NCBI GenBank assembly: GCA_049967655.1
Contig: JBMFSH010000002.1
Span: forward strand, 32,001-96,000
Origin: Acidobacteriota bacterium
GTDB lineage: Bacteria; Acidobacteriota; UBA4820; DSQY01
Direction of reading: 5' to 3'
Length of the DNA: 64,000 nucleotides
A model generated the notes under the pieces. It was not told where the DNA came from and ran no database searches. It worked only from the letters and a program-made list of their open reading frames with translations. Of the stretch, positions 18,937-29,044 are shown piece after piece. A program made the position numbers and the translations under genes. Every line of letters begins with the position of its first letter. Within the stretch, counting starts at the first letter, position 1.

Positions 18937-21345
18937 ATGAAAGAACTTTTCGCCTCTCCACCAGGAGCCCCCAACCTGGAGGTCGTCCCCCTCATCACCC
19001 TGAGGGACATGGTGGTCTTCCCGCACTCCGTCCGGCCCTTCATCGTCGGCCGGACGAATTCCATCGCCGCCGTGGAGGCGGCCCTGGCCTCCGACCGCCG
19101 CGTTTTCCTGTCGCTTCAGCAGGACCCGCAGGCCCAGGAGCCCTCTTCCGCCGGGCTCCACCGGATGGGGGTGCTGGCGCAGGTGGTCCAGTCCCTCTCG
19201 CTCCCCAGCGGCCATCTCAAGGTGCTCGTGGAGGGTCTCAGCCGGGGCTTCGCGAAGGATTTCCTGCTCGACGAGAAGGTCCCCCACGCCTGCGTGGAGA
19301 CCGTTCCGGACCCCTCCCCGGTGGAGGTGGAGACGGAGGCTCTGGCCTTCGAGGTGAGCCGGAGCTTCGATGAGTTTGTCCGCAAGCAGCAGGGCTTTTA
19401 CGGGTCGGTCAGCGCTTCCTCACTCAATCCCGAGGACCCCGGACGGTTCTGCGACCAGGTCGCCTCCTACCTCTCCATTCAGACGGCTCTCAAGCAGAAA
19501 ATCCTGGAGACGGTGCCCACCCTGGACCGGCTCAAGCTGGTGAAGCGGCTCCTGGGTTCCGAGATCGAGCAGGCCCACCTCGATCAGCGCCTCAACAAAG
19601 AGGTGGAAAAGCAGATCGAGAAGACCCAGAAAGAGTACTACCTCAACGAGAAGATGAAGCTCATCAAGAAGGAGCTCGGCCGCGAGGACTCCACGAACGA
19701 GATCGAGGAGCTCCGGGAGCGGATCGAGAAGGCCGGCATGACGGAGCTGGCCAAGGAGAAGGCCATCTCCGAGCTCAAGCGGCTGGAGATCATGCCGCCG
19801 GTTTCGGCCGAAGCCACCGTCTCCCGCTCCTACATCGACTGGCTTCTGGCCCTCCCGTGGTCCAAGGCGAGCAAGGACAATACCGACATCCACCGGGCCC
19901 GGAAGATCCTCGACGAGGACCACCACGGGCTCGAGAAGGTGAAGGAGCGGATCCTGGAGTTCCTCTCCGTGCGACAGCTCGCCAAGGAGCACAAGGGCAG
20001 CATCCTGTGCTTCGTGGGGCCGCCCGGTGTGGGGAAGACCTCCGTGGCCCGGTCCATCGCGCGGAGCATGGGGCGGGAGTTCGTGAGGCTTTCGCTCGGC
20101 GGCGTGCACGACGAGGCCGAGATCAAGGGCCACCGCCGCACCTACATCGGGGCCTTTCCCGGCCAGATCATCCAGCTCCTCAAGAGGGCCGGGACGCAGA
20201 ACCCCGTGTTCCTTCTGGACGAGGTGGACAAGCTGGGCGCCGACTACCGGGGCGATCCCTCCTCGGCCCTGCTGGAGGTCCTGGATCCCGAGCAGAACAA
20301 CGCCTTCGTGGACCACTACGTGGACGTTCCCTTCGACCTATCGAAGGTCTTCTTCATCACCACGGCCAACGTGACCCATACCATCCCGCCCGCCCTACTG
20401 GACCGGATGGAGGTGGTCTCCTTCTCCGGCTACACCCTTCCCGAAAAGCTCTCCATCGCCAAGGGCTACCTGATCCCCAAGCAGCGGAAGAGCCACGGGC
20501 TGAGGGTCAAGGACCTGGAGTTCACGGACGATGGTCTGTCCTTCATCATTGACGGCTACACCCGCGAAGCCGGGGTTCGCAACCTGGAGAGGGAAGTCGC
20601 CTCCGTGTGCCGCAAGGTGGCGCACAAGGTGGTCAAGGAGCACCGAAGGGCCCACGAGGTCATCAACCCCGCGAAGGCGGAGGAATACTTGGGCGTCGCG
20701 AGGTTCAAGACGCGAAAGGTCCTCCCCGGGGACGAGGTGGGGATCTCCGTCGGGCTGGCCTGGACGCAGAACGGCGGGGACATCCTCCTCGTGGAATCCA
20801 GCCTCATGCAGGGCAAGGGCGAACTGATCCTCACCGGCCAGCTGGGCGAGGTCATGCAGGAATCCGCGCGGGCGGCCCTCTCCTTTATCCGCGGACAGTC
20901 CGAGCACCTTGGGCTCGCCAGGGACTTCTACTCGAATCACGACGTTCACATCCACGTGCCGGAGGGAGCCATCCCCAAGGACGGACCCTCGGCCGGAATC
21001 GCCCTCGGCGTGGCCATGATCTCCACCTTCACGGGCATGCCCGTGAGGCACGACGTGGCCATGACCGGAGAGATCACTTTGAGGGGCAAGGTCCTGCCCG
21101 TGGGTGGGCTCAAGGAGAAGATCCTGGCCGCCAAACAGCACGACATCACGGAGGTGATCCTGCCCAGGGACAACGAGAAGGACGTTTCCGAGGTGCCCGA
21201 GAGCCTACGGCAGGGGATGGTGTTCCACTTCGTGGAGTCACTGGAGGAGGTCATCGGGCACGCGTTCCGCAAGGATCCGTACCGGTCCCATCCGTCACTT
21301 CTGCTAGAAAAGCCGGACGCGGCACAGCCCGAGAAGAGGCCCTGA
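18937..21345 (+). CDS. lon: Lon protease (endopeptidase La)
   Basis: GPPGVGKT, GHRRTYIGA, PKDGPSAG and GGLKEK motifs. Confidence 0.98.
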   Translation: MKELFASPPGAPNLEVVPLITLRDMVVFPHSVRPFIVGRTNSIAAVEAALASDRRVFLSLQQDPQAQEPSSAGLHRMGVLAQVVQSLSLPSGHLKVLVEGLSRGFAKDFLLDEKVPHACVETVPDPSPVEVETEALAFEVSRSFDEFVRKQQGFYGSVSASSLNPEDPGRFCDQVASYLSIQTALKQKILETVPTLDRLKLVKRLLGSEIEQAHLDQRLNKEVEKQIEKTQKEYYLNEKMKLIKKELGREDSTNEIEELRERIEKAGMTELAKEKAISELKRLEIMPPVSAEATVSRSYIDWLLALPWSKASKDNTDIHRARKILDEDHHGLEKVKERILEFLSVRQLAKEHKGSILCFVGPPGVGKTSVARSIARSMGREFVRLSLGGVHDEAEIKGHRRTYIGAFPGQIIQLLKRAGTQNPVFLLDEVDKLGADYRGDPSSALLEVLDPEQNNAFVDHYVDVPFDLSKVFFITTANVTHTIPPALLDRMEVVSFSGYTLPEKLSIAKGYLIPKQRKSHGLRVKDLEFTDDGLSFIIDGYTREAGVRNLEREVASVCRKVAHKVVKEHRRAHEVINPAKAEEYLGVARFKTRKVLPGDEVGISVGLAWTQNGGDILLVESSLMQGKGELILTGQLGEVMQESARAALSFIRGQSEHLGLARDFYSNHDVHIHVPEGAIPKDGPSAGIALGVAMISTFTGMPVRHDVAMTGEITLRGKVLPVGGLKEKILAAKQHDITEVILPRDNEKDVSEVPESLRQGMVFHFVESLEEVIGHAFRKDPYRSHPSLLLEKPDAAQPEKRP

Positions 21346-21453
21346 AGCCTCCGGAATCCGGTTCGCAGAACGAGCAAGGCAAGTCCGGACGCTTACCCCG
21401 CATAAGGTTCTAGGGGCGGAGCGCATCGTGGGCCGCGCCATTGGGGTGTAGGA

Positions 21454-22044
21454 TTGAACGAATTGGCCGCGCAGTTGGAGAGGGTCGCCGCAAACCGCGG
21501 CCAGCTTCCCGTGCCTACCCTTCCGGAAGTTCCGGTCATCGGGCGATCCAACGTGGGGAAGTCCTCCTTCATCAACACCTTGACCGGGAGGAAGGGATTC
21601 ATGAGGGTCAGCAACTCCCCCGGACGCACGGGCGCCGTGTTCTTTGTGAATGTCGGGGGAAGGGGCTATGTGGTGGACCTTCCGGGTTACGGGTTTGCCA
21701 AGGTTCCCCTGCCGGTCAAGCGGGCTTGGGCCGACCTCGTGGAGGCCTACCTGGCGAGACCGGCCAGGGGCGGAGGAATCCTGCTGGTGGATGCCAGGCG
21801 CGAGCCCAGCGCAGGGGACCGGCAGATGGTGTCCTACTTTCGCCACTACGGCCGGCCCTTCAGCGTGGTGATGACGAAGGTGGACAAGATTTCGAGAGGA
21901 CGTTGGAAAGGGAGGGCCACGGCCATCGCCGATGCGCTGGGCCTGGGGGCGGATCAGGAGCCCATCCCCTTTTCGGCTGTGACGAATGAGGGTGCGAAAA
22001 GGGTACTTCGGCTCATCGAGGAGTATATGGAGCAAACGGCATGA
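21454..22044 (+). CDS. engB: Ribosome biogenesis GTPase YihA/YsxC
   Basis: [15 protein letters not shown] and TKVDK motifs; follows lon. Confidence 0.92.
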   Translation: MNELAAQLERVAANRGQLPVPTLPEVPVIGRSNVGKSSFINTLTGRKGFMRVSNSPGRTGAVFFVNVGGRGYVVDLPGYGFAKVPLPVKRAWADLVEAYLARPARGGGILLVDARREPSAGDRQMVSYFRHYGRPFSVVMTKVDKISRGRWKGRATAIADALGLGADQEPIPFSAVTNEGAKRVLRLIEEYMEQTA

Positions 22045-23315
22045 ACAAAGGGCGGACGGAAAATCTAGACTTGGCCAAAATGCACGACATGAGCTACCAG
22101 GATCTGCTGAAGCTGGGGAGGGAGTACGAGATCGAGGGTATTTCGTCCCTGAAGCGTCAGGAGCTCATCTTCCAGATCCTCAAATCCCAGGCCGAGGCCA
22201 ACGGATTCATCTTCGCCGAGGGGGTACTGGAGATCCTTCAGGACGGATTCGGCTTCCTGAGGGCGCCCGAGTACAACTACCTTCCCGGCCCCGACGACAT
22301 CTACGTAAGCCCCTCCCAGATCAAGAAGTTCGGCCTGCGAACCGGCGACACCATTTCGGGCCAGGTGCGTCCGCCCAAGGAGGGTGAAAAGTACTTCGCC
22401 CTCATCAAGGTGGACGCCATCAACTTCGAATCCACGACCAAGACGCGGGACCGCATGTGGTTCGACGCGCTGACGCCCATCTACCCCAACCGGCGCATCA
22501 AGCTCGAAACCAGCCGTGAGGCCATGTCCGGGCGAGTGCTGGACATGGTGACGCCCATCGGTTTCGGCCAGCGCGGCCTCATCGTGGCCCCGCCGCGGAC
22601 CGGCAAGACCATGCTGCTGCAGGCCATCGCCCACGCCATCACGGCCAACCATCCCGAGGCCTACCTCCTGGTCCTGCTCATCGACGAGCGGCCCGAGGAG
22701 GTGACGGACATGCAGCGCTCGGTGAAGGGCGAGGTCCAGGCCTCCACCTTCGACGAGCCCCCCACGCGCCACGTCCAGGTGGCCGAGATGGTGATGGAGA
22801 AGACCAAGCGCCTGGTGGAACAGGGCCGAGACGTGGTCATCCTGCTGGACTCGATCACCCGCATGGCGAGGGCCTACAACACCGTGACGCCCCCTTCGGG
22901 CCGGGTCCTTTCGGGAGGTCTCGACGCCAACGCCCTCCAGAAGCCGAAGCGCTTCTTCGGCGCGGCGCGGAACATCGAGGAGGGAGGCTCCCTGACCATC
23001 ATCGCCACGGCGCTGGTGGACACGGGCTCCCGAATGGATGACGTCATCTTCGAGGAGTTCAAGGGCACGGGCAACATGGAGATCCACCTGGACCGTAAGC
23101 TCGTGGACAAGCGGGTCTTCCCCGCCATCGACATCAACAAGTCGGGCACCCGCAAGGAGGAGCTGCTCACCGGCGAGTTCGAACTGAACCGGATGTGGAT
23201 CCTGCGCAAGATCCTCAACCCGCTCTCCACCGTCGAAGCCATGGAGCTGCTCCTGAACAAACTCGGGGAATTCGAATCCAATGAGGCCTTCCTGAAGGGA
23301 CTGTCGGGAGGGTGA
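22041..23315 (+). CDS. rho: Transcription termination factor Rho
   Basis: [32 protein letters not shown] and SGTRKEELL motifs. Confidence 0.98.
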   Translation: MNKGRTENLDLAKMHDMSYQDLLKLGREYEIEGISSLKRQELIFQILKSQAEANGFIFAEGVLEILQDGFGFLRAPEYNYLPGPDDIYVSPSQIKKFGLRTGDTISGQVRPPKEGEKYFALIKVDAINFESTTKTRDRMWFDALTPIYPNRRIKLETSREAMSGRVLDMVTPIGFGQRGLIVAPPRTGKTMLLQAIAHAITANHPEAYLLVLLIDERPEEVTDMQRSVKGEVQASTFDEPPTRHVQVAEMVMEKTKRLVEQGRDVVILLDSITRMARAYNTVTPPSGRVLSGGLDANALQKPKRFFGAARNIEEGGSLTIIATALVDTGSRMDDVIFEEFKGTGNMEIHLDRKLVDKRVFPAIDINKSGTRKEELLTGEFELNRMWILRKILNPLSTVEAMELLLNKLGEFESNEAFLKGLSGG

Positions 23316-23696
23316 TCCGAACGGGCCGTATGGCCTCCATTCTCGTCCGGCTTCCCTCCGGGCGAGCCGCCCGCGGAACGGGGCTCCGCCCGTGGCCGGC
23401 GACCTGTGCCGCGCAAGTGACCACCGCTCACCACCCAGACCCGCCGACTCGGCACCGGCTGGCAGCCGCCAAGCGAACGTCCGTCCGGCGCTGGTCGCGG
23501 CGCTGAATGCCGCATCGATCGTGCAGGGTCATGGCTGTCCAATTGAGGGGTTTGCCTTCCGGAGCGGAGCCACGCTCGCGTGGACGCGCCCGGCCCAGGC
23601 CCCCAGCGCCGCGCCAAAGGCGCGGCCCAGACCCAGCCGTGGTTCGGACCCGGCAGGGCAGTCTATGTTGAACAGGCGTGATGCAGGGTTTTCCAG

Positions 23697-23957
23697 CCCC
23701 AATCTCGCGATGGAACGGGGGAAAGAACATGGGAAGCAGGCGGAGCAAGCCATTGAAGAAGAGGCCTTTGTCACCTATCAAGGGATTGGGGCGCCCTCGA
23801 GCCAAGGGCGAGAGGGCACCAAGGGCGGGGTGAGCCTCCACGGGCTTTGCCCGTGGAGCGGGGAGGGAATGGCCCTCCCCGTCCAGGAGATAACGCCTTT
23901 CCCCGGTGAACCCGAGCGGTAGCCGGAGGCACCCGCGTTTCCATCGCGGAATTTGGG
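23697..23957. mobile_element. Putative MITE (~261 bp) with 19-bp imperfect terminal inverted repeats
   Basis: CCCCAATCTCGCGATGGAA (23697-23715) versus TTCCATCGCGGAATTTGGG (23939-23957), 16 of 19; its last 117 bp recur at 32867-32983. Confidence 0.55.
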
Positions 23958-24044
23958 TCCAATGGCCCGCTGGTCCGATTCGGGGCGGGAGGGTAGAATC
24001 GTCTCTTGGGAGTGGGGATCTCCGCAAAACTCGAGGAGGAGGCG

Positions 24045-25730
24045 ATGAATAGACCCGCGATGGGGCTGGCGCTGGCGCTGGCTGGAAGTCTGTTCGCCCT
24101 GGGCGCGCTGGCCCAGGAAGTTCCCGGAAAGGTCCTCAGGCAGTTCCCGCTTGACCTCAAGACTCCCACCGGCCTGACCTGGGATGGGAGCCGTCTGTGG
24201 GTAGCCGATTTCGACTCGGCCAAGCTCTACCGGTTGAATCCTTCAGACGGCAAGGTCGAGGAGAGCGTGGATGCTCCAGGCTATTCGCCCATGGGACTCG
24301 CGTGGGATGGCTCCAAGCTCTGGTGCCTGGACCTCTCCGACAAGACCGCCTACGCCCTGAATCCCACCACGCGCGTCACGCTTCGCGCCCTCGCCCTGGA
24401 CACCGATACGGCCGAAGGGATCGCGTGGGACGGCGAGGCCCTCTGGACGGTGGACGCCAGGGCGGGGGTGATCAATCGGCTGGACGACGAGGACGGGACG
24501 ACCTTCAAGAGCTTCACCTGTCCCACGGGCGGCGGATCCCGCCGCACCGAGGAGATCGGCATGGCCTTCGACGGCGCGCACCTCTGGGTGAGCGACCGGA
24601 TCACCGACGCCATCTACGAGGTCGATCCCGCCAGCGGCGCCGTGCTGGCCGACTTCCCCTCTCCCGGTCCCTATCCCGCGGGCCTGGCCTGGGACGGGCA
24701 CCACCTCTGGTGCGCGGACTACGAGACGCGGACCCTCTACGAGCTTCAGGTGACCAGTTCGGCCCCTTACGTCACGCGCGATCCCAAGCGCGAGGAGATG
24801 GTTTACACCGAGGCCTGGCGAAACTTTGGGCCGGGGGTCGTGAAGAGCCTGGATGTCTATATCGCCGTTCCGCAGGACCTGCCCAACCAGAAACTGCTCG
24901 CCCCCCCGCGGTTCGAGCCGAGCCCCGCGGATTTCGTGACGGACCAGTGGGGGCAGAAGTGCGCCCACTTCGCCTTCCACGACGTGAAGCCCGACCAGGA
25001 GGTCACGGCCGTCATGCGGGTGAAAGCTGAACTCTACCGGGTTCGGTGGTTCGTCGATCCCGAGAGGGTGGGCAAGCTGGAGGAGATCCCGGAGGCGATC
25101 CGGAAGGCCTACACCCAGGACAGCAGCAAGCTCGTGATGACCGACCCGGTGATCGAAAGAGCGGTGAAGGAGGCCCTCGGCGGGGAGCACAACCCCTACT
25201 GGATGGCGCGCAAGATCAACCAGTACATCCAGGACCACATGCACTACGAGCTGGCGGGGGGATGGAACGTGGCGCCCACGGTCCTGGCGCGCGGCTCGGG
25301 CTCCTGCTCCGAGTACACCTTCGTCATGCTGGCCATGTGCCACGCCGCTGGCCTGCCGGCGCGCTATGCGGGCTCCGTGGTGATCCGGGGCGATGACGCC
25401 TCCAGGGACGACGTGTTCCACCGGTGGGTGGAGGTGTACCTGCCCAATTACGGATGGTTCCCCGTGGACCCCTCGGGCGGAGACTCGCCGGTGCCCGCGG
25501 AGCAGGCGGACTACTTCGGCGGCCTGGCCAACCGCTTCCTCATCACGACGCTGGGGGCCGGCGACAGCAAGACGCTGGGGTGGGACTACGACAGCAGCGC
25601 CTCTTGGACCGCCGTGGGCCGAGTGAAGCTCATGCAGAGGAGGGCGGGCGAGTGGAGCCCCATGGGCAAGCGCTTCGAGCCCGCCCTCGTGGGCGAGCCC
25701 GGAGGGCTCACCTGCAATCCCAAGGGGTGA
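24045..25730 (+). CDS. Secreted transglutaminase-like protein with an N-terminal beta-propeller
   Basis: Signal peptide; five G(L/I/M)x(W/F)DG..LW repeats; triad GSCSEY / HRWVEVY / PVDP. Confidence 0.85.
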   Translation: MNRPAMGLALALAGSLFALGALAQEVPGKVLRQFPLDLKTPTGLTWDGSRLWVADFDSAKLYRLNPSDGKVEESVDAPGYSPMGLAWDGSKLWCLDLSDKTAYALNPTTRVTLRALALDTDTAEGIAWDGEALWTVDARAGVINRLDDEDGTTFKSFTCPTGGGSRRTEEIGMAFDGAHLWVSDRITDAIYEVDPASGAVLADFPSPGPYPAGLAWDGHHLWCADYETRTLYELQVTSSAPYVTRDPKREEMVYTEAWRNFGPGVVKSLDVYIAVPQDLPNQKLLAPPRFEPSPADFVTDQWGQKCAHFAFHDVKPDQEVTAVMRVKAELYRVRWFVDPERVGKLEEIPEAIRKAYTQDSSKLVMTDPVIERAVKEALGGEHNPYWMARKINQYIQDHMHYELAGGWNVAPTVLARGSGSCSEYTFVMLAMCHAAGLPARYAGSVVIRGDDASRDDVFHRWVEVYLPNYGWFPVDPSGGDSPVPAEQADYFGGLANRFLITTLGAGDSKTLGWDYDSSASWTAVGRVKLMQRRAGEWSPMGKRFEPALVGEPGGLTCNPKG

Positions 25731-25794
25731 AACGGGCCGCCCGGCCGCGGGAGGCCCGCCGCGGAGCGGCTTCCCGTGGGGACTCCCCCAATCG

Positions 25795-25822
25795 GAACGG
25801 CCGCCCGTGCGGGCGGCCGTTC
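25795..25822. terminator. Hairpin between convergent genes (probable bidirectional terminator)
   Basis: GAACGGCCGCCCG-TG-CGGGCGGCCGTTC perfect inverted repeat. Confidence 0.6.
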
Positions 25823-25849
25823 GCATTTCCTGGGAAGCCTGAGAGGGCC

Positions 25850-27202
25850 TCAGTGGTTGCCGTCCGAGTTGGAGCCGGCCACCACCAAACCGAGCTTCTC
25901 GGCCAGCAGCTCGCCGAGATTCAGCCCCGGCGGGGGCGTCTCCTTCATCTTCACGGGGCGTTCCTCCGAGCGCCTGGCAGACCTCGGTGCCGGCCGCTCG
26001 CGCCTGGGCGCGTCCTCCACCCTGGGTTCACGGGGCTCGCGCGGCGCCGGGGCCTCGAGCGTGCCCGGAGGCAGGTCTTCCACCCTGAGGGGTGGCGGAG
26101 CATCCTTGCCGAGCCGCGATCGCACCGAACGAACCTTTTCCTGGAGCTCGGCGGCCGTCTCCTTGACCTTCTCCATGCGGCCGCGCTTCTCCTCGACCCA
26201 CCTCGTCATGCGCTCGGAGAGGCCGGGCTCGGTGGCCGAGGCGATCCTGGTGTCCAGATCCGCAATCTCTGCGGCGAGGCGCTCCTGATAGAACTGGTTC
26301 TTGAGGAGGGTGATCTCCCAACGCTGGAGGTGCTCGCGCATGCGTTCAACCCAGTCGTCGTGCTGGCGCCGTCGCTGCTGGCGGCCCTCTTCGATGCGTT
26401 CGGAGCAACGCTTCCAAGCGTTTCTCAAAGTTTCGCGGATCTTTTCAGCCTTGGGAGGCGGCATGGGCGAGCCCTTCAACTCCAACTGGAAGTCCCGAAT
26501 CTGCCCCTGGACGCCGTGCGGTTCCTCGCTCTCGGCTGCGGCGAGCAGGGCGGCGGCACGCTCCTCCAGCTCGCCGAACAGCTTCTGGCGGAATTCACCG
26601 CGGTGCTTCCGGATGGCCTCCCTGGCTTCAAGCCAGCGGATCCAGCACGACTCGCGATCCTCTTTCAAAAGCCTGGCCGTGACGAGGGGGTCGGCTCCCG
26701 AGGGGTTGGGTGACCCCGAATCGCCCTCGGTCTTCTCGTCCGAGGAGGAAACCGCTTCGGCTGCGGCGGAGGAGACGGACAGGGGATCCTGGTTCTTCAT
26801 GAGCGCCAGGGCCCGATTCAGGGCGGACTGGGCGCGCTCCAACTCCTCAAGCGTGGAGGCCTGATCGTTGAGGCTCACCGCCTCTTCGGTGAGGGCCTCG
26901 ATGGCGGCGCGCTTGAGCTGGGACTCCTCTCGAAGCTTGGCCCTCTCCCCATCTTGACGGGAACGGGTCTGCTTGCAGAGGTCGTGGAAGTCCTTCCAGA
27001 GCTGCTCCCGCTCCTCCGGTTCGAGGGGTTTGAAGGACTTGAACTGGGAGGTGATCTCCCTGGCCTGCGCCCAGAAGTCGACGTACTGGGCGGCTGAATC
27101 GCCCTCGACGAAACCTCTGAGCTTGACGATCTCCGTCCGGATGACCTCGGCATTCGCCCTGGCGAGCTGAAGCCAGCGTTCCCGGTCCAATTCTCCGCTC
27201 AT
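25850..27202 (-). CDS. Coiled-coil protein with DUF349-like repeats
   Basis: FKSFKPLEPEEREQLWKDFHDLC resembles DUF349 units; GGGAGG SD; start taken at ATG 27202. Confidence 0.6.
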   Translation of the reverse strand: MSGELDRERWLQLARANAEVIRTEIVKLRGFVEGDSAAQYVDFWAQAREITSQFKSFKPLEPEEREQLWKDFHDLCKQTRSRQDGERAKLREESQLKRAAIEALTEEAVSLNDQASTLEELERAQSALNRALALMKNQDPLSVSSAAAEAVSSSDEKTEGDSGSPNPSGADPLVTARLLKEDRESCWIRWLEAREAIRKHRGEFRQKLFGELEERAAALLAAAESEEPHGVQGQIRDFQLELKGSPMPPPKAEKIRETLRNAWKRCSERIEEGRQQRRRQHDDWVERMREHLQRWEITLLKNQFYQERLAAEIADLDTRIASATEPGLSERMTRWVEEKRGRMEKVKETAAELQEKVRSVRSRLGKDAPPPLRVEDLPPGTLEAPAPREPREPRVEDAPRRERPAPRSARRSEERPVKMKETPPPGLNLGELLAEKLGLVVAGSNSDGNH

Positions 27203-27460
27203 GATGTCCTCCCAGCGCTCTGCCGACAGGTTCTCGGCGGCCGAGGAACCCGTGCGACGCATTCTACCAGAAAACGGCCTTAGCGTCAGGCGGGGGATCC
27301 GCATGCCCGAGGTGTGGGTCAGGTCACCAAAGCGCGCGAAGGAGGAGGCGTGGAACGGCTTGGCCACGTTCCCTGGAACGGCGGCGGGCTTCCGTTACGA
27401 ACGGGTCCGGGGCCCGGATGGACCGGGCCCCGGTATGGATGAAAAGAGGCGCGATGGGGA

Positions 27461-28732
27461 TCAGTCGTCTCCACCTCCGCCGTCTCCTCCGCCGCTTCCA
27501 CCGTGCGGACCTTCGGAGGAATCGGGTGAGTTGGTGTGGCAGGCGCTGCACTTCTGGCCGATGGATCCTGAAGTGCCCTGGTAGTTGATGGGCTGCCAGT
27601 TGTCGGCGGCCCGCATGGAGGGGTACCACGCGTGCGGGCTGTTGTGGCATGCGGCGCAAGCCACGCCGTGGTGTCCCACGCTGTTGCGGTAGAGCACCGA
27701 TCCCGTGTTCATGTTGGAGCCGTCGTGGCAGTCTCCGCAGTTCGGCTCGTCGAGCCAGGGCCTGCGTCCCTGCTGAATGGTCGCCGCCACGTTGGCCAGG
27801 GTGCCGTGGCAGTGCTGGCAGTTGGGATCGGTGGGACTGTTGGGGCCCATCTCCTCGATGGCGCTCCTGTTGCACTGGGTCTTGGCGCCGGGGTGGCAGT
27901 CGTAGCAGGCGGGTTGGTCGGCCTGGGATAGGGAGCCGTGCTTGAGGTGCATGGCGAGGGAGAGGGAGGGAACGCCGTAGCTCCCCGGCATGCCGAGCGC
28001 ATTATCGCTGTGACAGCTCGAGCAAAGCACCGGCTGGTGGTCGTAGAGGTTGGTCCCGTAGGTGGCGTCGTGGAGCATCAGGATGTTGCCCTCGGGCGTG
28101 CCGCTGGAGAATCCGCCCGTACCCACTCCTCCGTCGGCGTGGCACTTCTGGCAGTTCATTTCGTCGGAGATGGGGGCCGTGGCCTGGATCTGCGAGAGGA
28201 TCTTTCCCGTTGAGGACGATTTCACCGTGATCACGGCTGTCTGGTAGGGATTCCAGGTCATATCGTCGTTGTAAGGAAGCAGCGGAATGCCGGTGGCTTC
28301 GTAGTGAGGGAAGGGGCTGGTGTTGAGGACCATGTTGCCGGAGAGCCCGTTGCCCGTGAGCCCTTTGCCCTGAGGAAGGGCCACGCCGAAGAGGGCCTGA
28401 GCGTAAGTCCAGAAGTCGGTCTTACCGACCGTGGTGGTGTTCTGAGGAAAGTTGTAGGAGACGGTGATGCCCGAGGTGACGAGCTGAGGTTCGTCGCCGC
28501 GCTTGATGACCTGGACCATGAGGTTGTTGTAGGGAGGAAGAATGGCCATCTGGGCGAAGCGGGGGCTGATGCAGTGCATGCCCAGATCGTTCCAGGCCAG
28601 CACCGTATAGCTGCTCGATGTTCCGCTACGCCTGTCGGAGTAAACGGCCAAGCTGGTTGCCAGGCCGAGGAGCAACAAAATAACTGTCCCGGCGGCCACG
28701 AGGCTCCGCCGGTCTATTCGAGGCTTGAACAT
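27461..28732 (-). CDS. Exported multiheme c-type cytochrome (7 CxxCH)
   Basis: N-terminal signal/TM segment, LAWNDLGMHC motif; CQKCH, CSSCH, CYDCH, CQHCH, CGDCH, CAACH, CSACH; AAGGAG SD. Confidence 0.88.
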   Translation of the reverse strand: MFKPRIDRRSLVAAGTVILLLLGLATSLAVYSDRRSGTSSSYTVLAWNDLGMHCISPRFAQMAILPPYNNLMVQVIKRGDEPQLVTSGITVSYNFPQNTTTVGKTDFWTYAQALFGVALPQGKGLTGNGLSGNMVLNTSPFPHYEATGIPLLPYNDDMTWNPYQTAVITVKSSSTGKILSQIQATAPISDEMNCQKCHADGGVGTGGFSSGTPEGNILMLHDATYGTNLYDHQPVLCSSCHSDNALGMPGSYGVPSLSLAMHLKHGSLSQADQPACYDCHPGAKTQCNRSAIEEMGPNSPTDPNCQHCHGTLANVAATIQQGRRPWLDEPNCGDCHDGSNMNTGSVLYRNSVGHHGVACAACHNSPHAWYPSMRAADNWQPINYQGTSGSIGQKCSACHTNSPDSSEGPHGGSGGGDGGGGDD

Positions 28733-28778
28733 GTCGGACTCCTTGTCCCAAAGTCTCGTCTGTACTGGGAAACGACTG

Positions 28779-28924
28779 CGGGGCGGGTCCTTTGGCAACC
28801 CTCCTTTCCGGTAACCGGGCCCCCGAGTCCGGCTCAACCAACCGTTCTCAGATCGTCGCGGTACAGGTCCACTTCGGGGCGGGTCCTATGGCAAGCCTCC
28901 TTTCCCGGTAACCGGGCCCCCGAG
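28779..28924 (-). promoter_or_regulatory. Tandem ~50-nt structured motif upstream of the cytochrome gene (candidate cis-regulatory RNA)
   Basis: Two copies at 28779-28827 and 28875-28924, differing by 2 substitutions and 1 indel; each can form nested stems. Confidence 0.55.
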
Positions 28925-29016
28925 GTATTGCAAGATGAAATACTCGGCAAAAGGTAACAGGCGGGCGCCGGCCGGTAGCCGGCCCCAGTCCGGCGAGATA
29001 GGGGCTCGAGGCCGAG

Positions 29017-29044
29017 AAAAGGGCCCGGCGTTTCCGCCGGGCCC
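29017..29044 (-). terminator. Intrinsic terminator downstream of the aldehyde dehydrogenase
   Basis: Minus strand GGGCCCGGCG-GAAA-CGCCGGGCCC-TTTT. Confidence 0.75.

Noticed and set aside
23316..23696. Unexplained ~380-nt gap after rho as a known ncRNA (6S, SRP, tmRNA, RNase P) or c-di-GMP-I riboswitch (GGCAAACC on the minus strand near 23550)
   Set aside because: No diagnostic motifs recognised, and the GAAA-loop/CGCAAA continuation of GEMM is missing. A cmscan would be needed to exclude an ncRNA.
23729..23833. 34-aa basic ORF MGSRRSKPLKKRPL...
   Set aside because: It lies inside the MITE-like element, has a weak SD and no recognisable homology.
23841..23957. The 117-bp repeat as a cobalamin or TPP riboswitch for the TonB receptor or transglutaminase
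   Set aside because: No B12-box or TPP consensus, and promoter-like -10 elements lie downstream of the repeat.
28779..28924. CRISPR array reading of the tandem 50-nt repeats
   Set aside because: Only two units, longer than typical CRISPR repeats, and no cas genes in the window.
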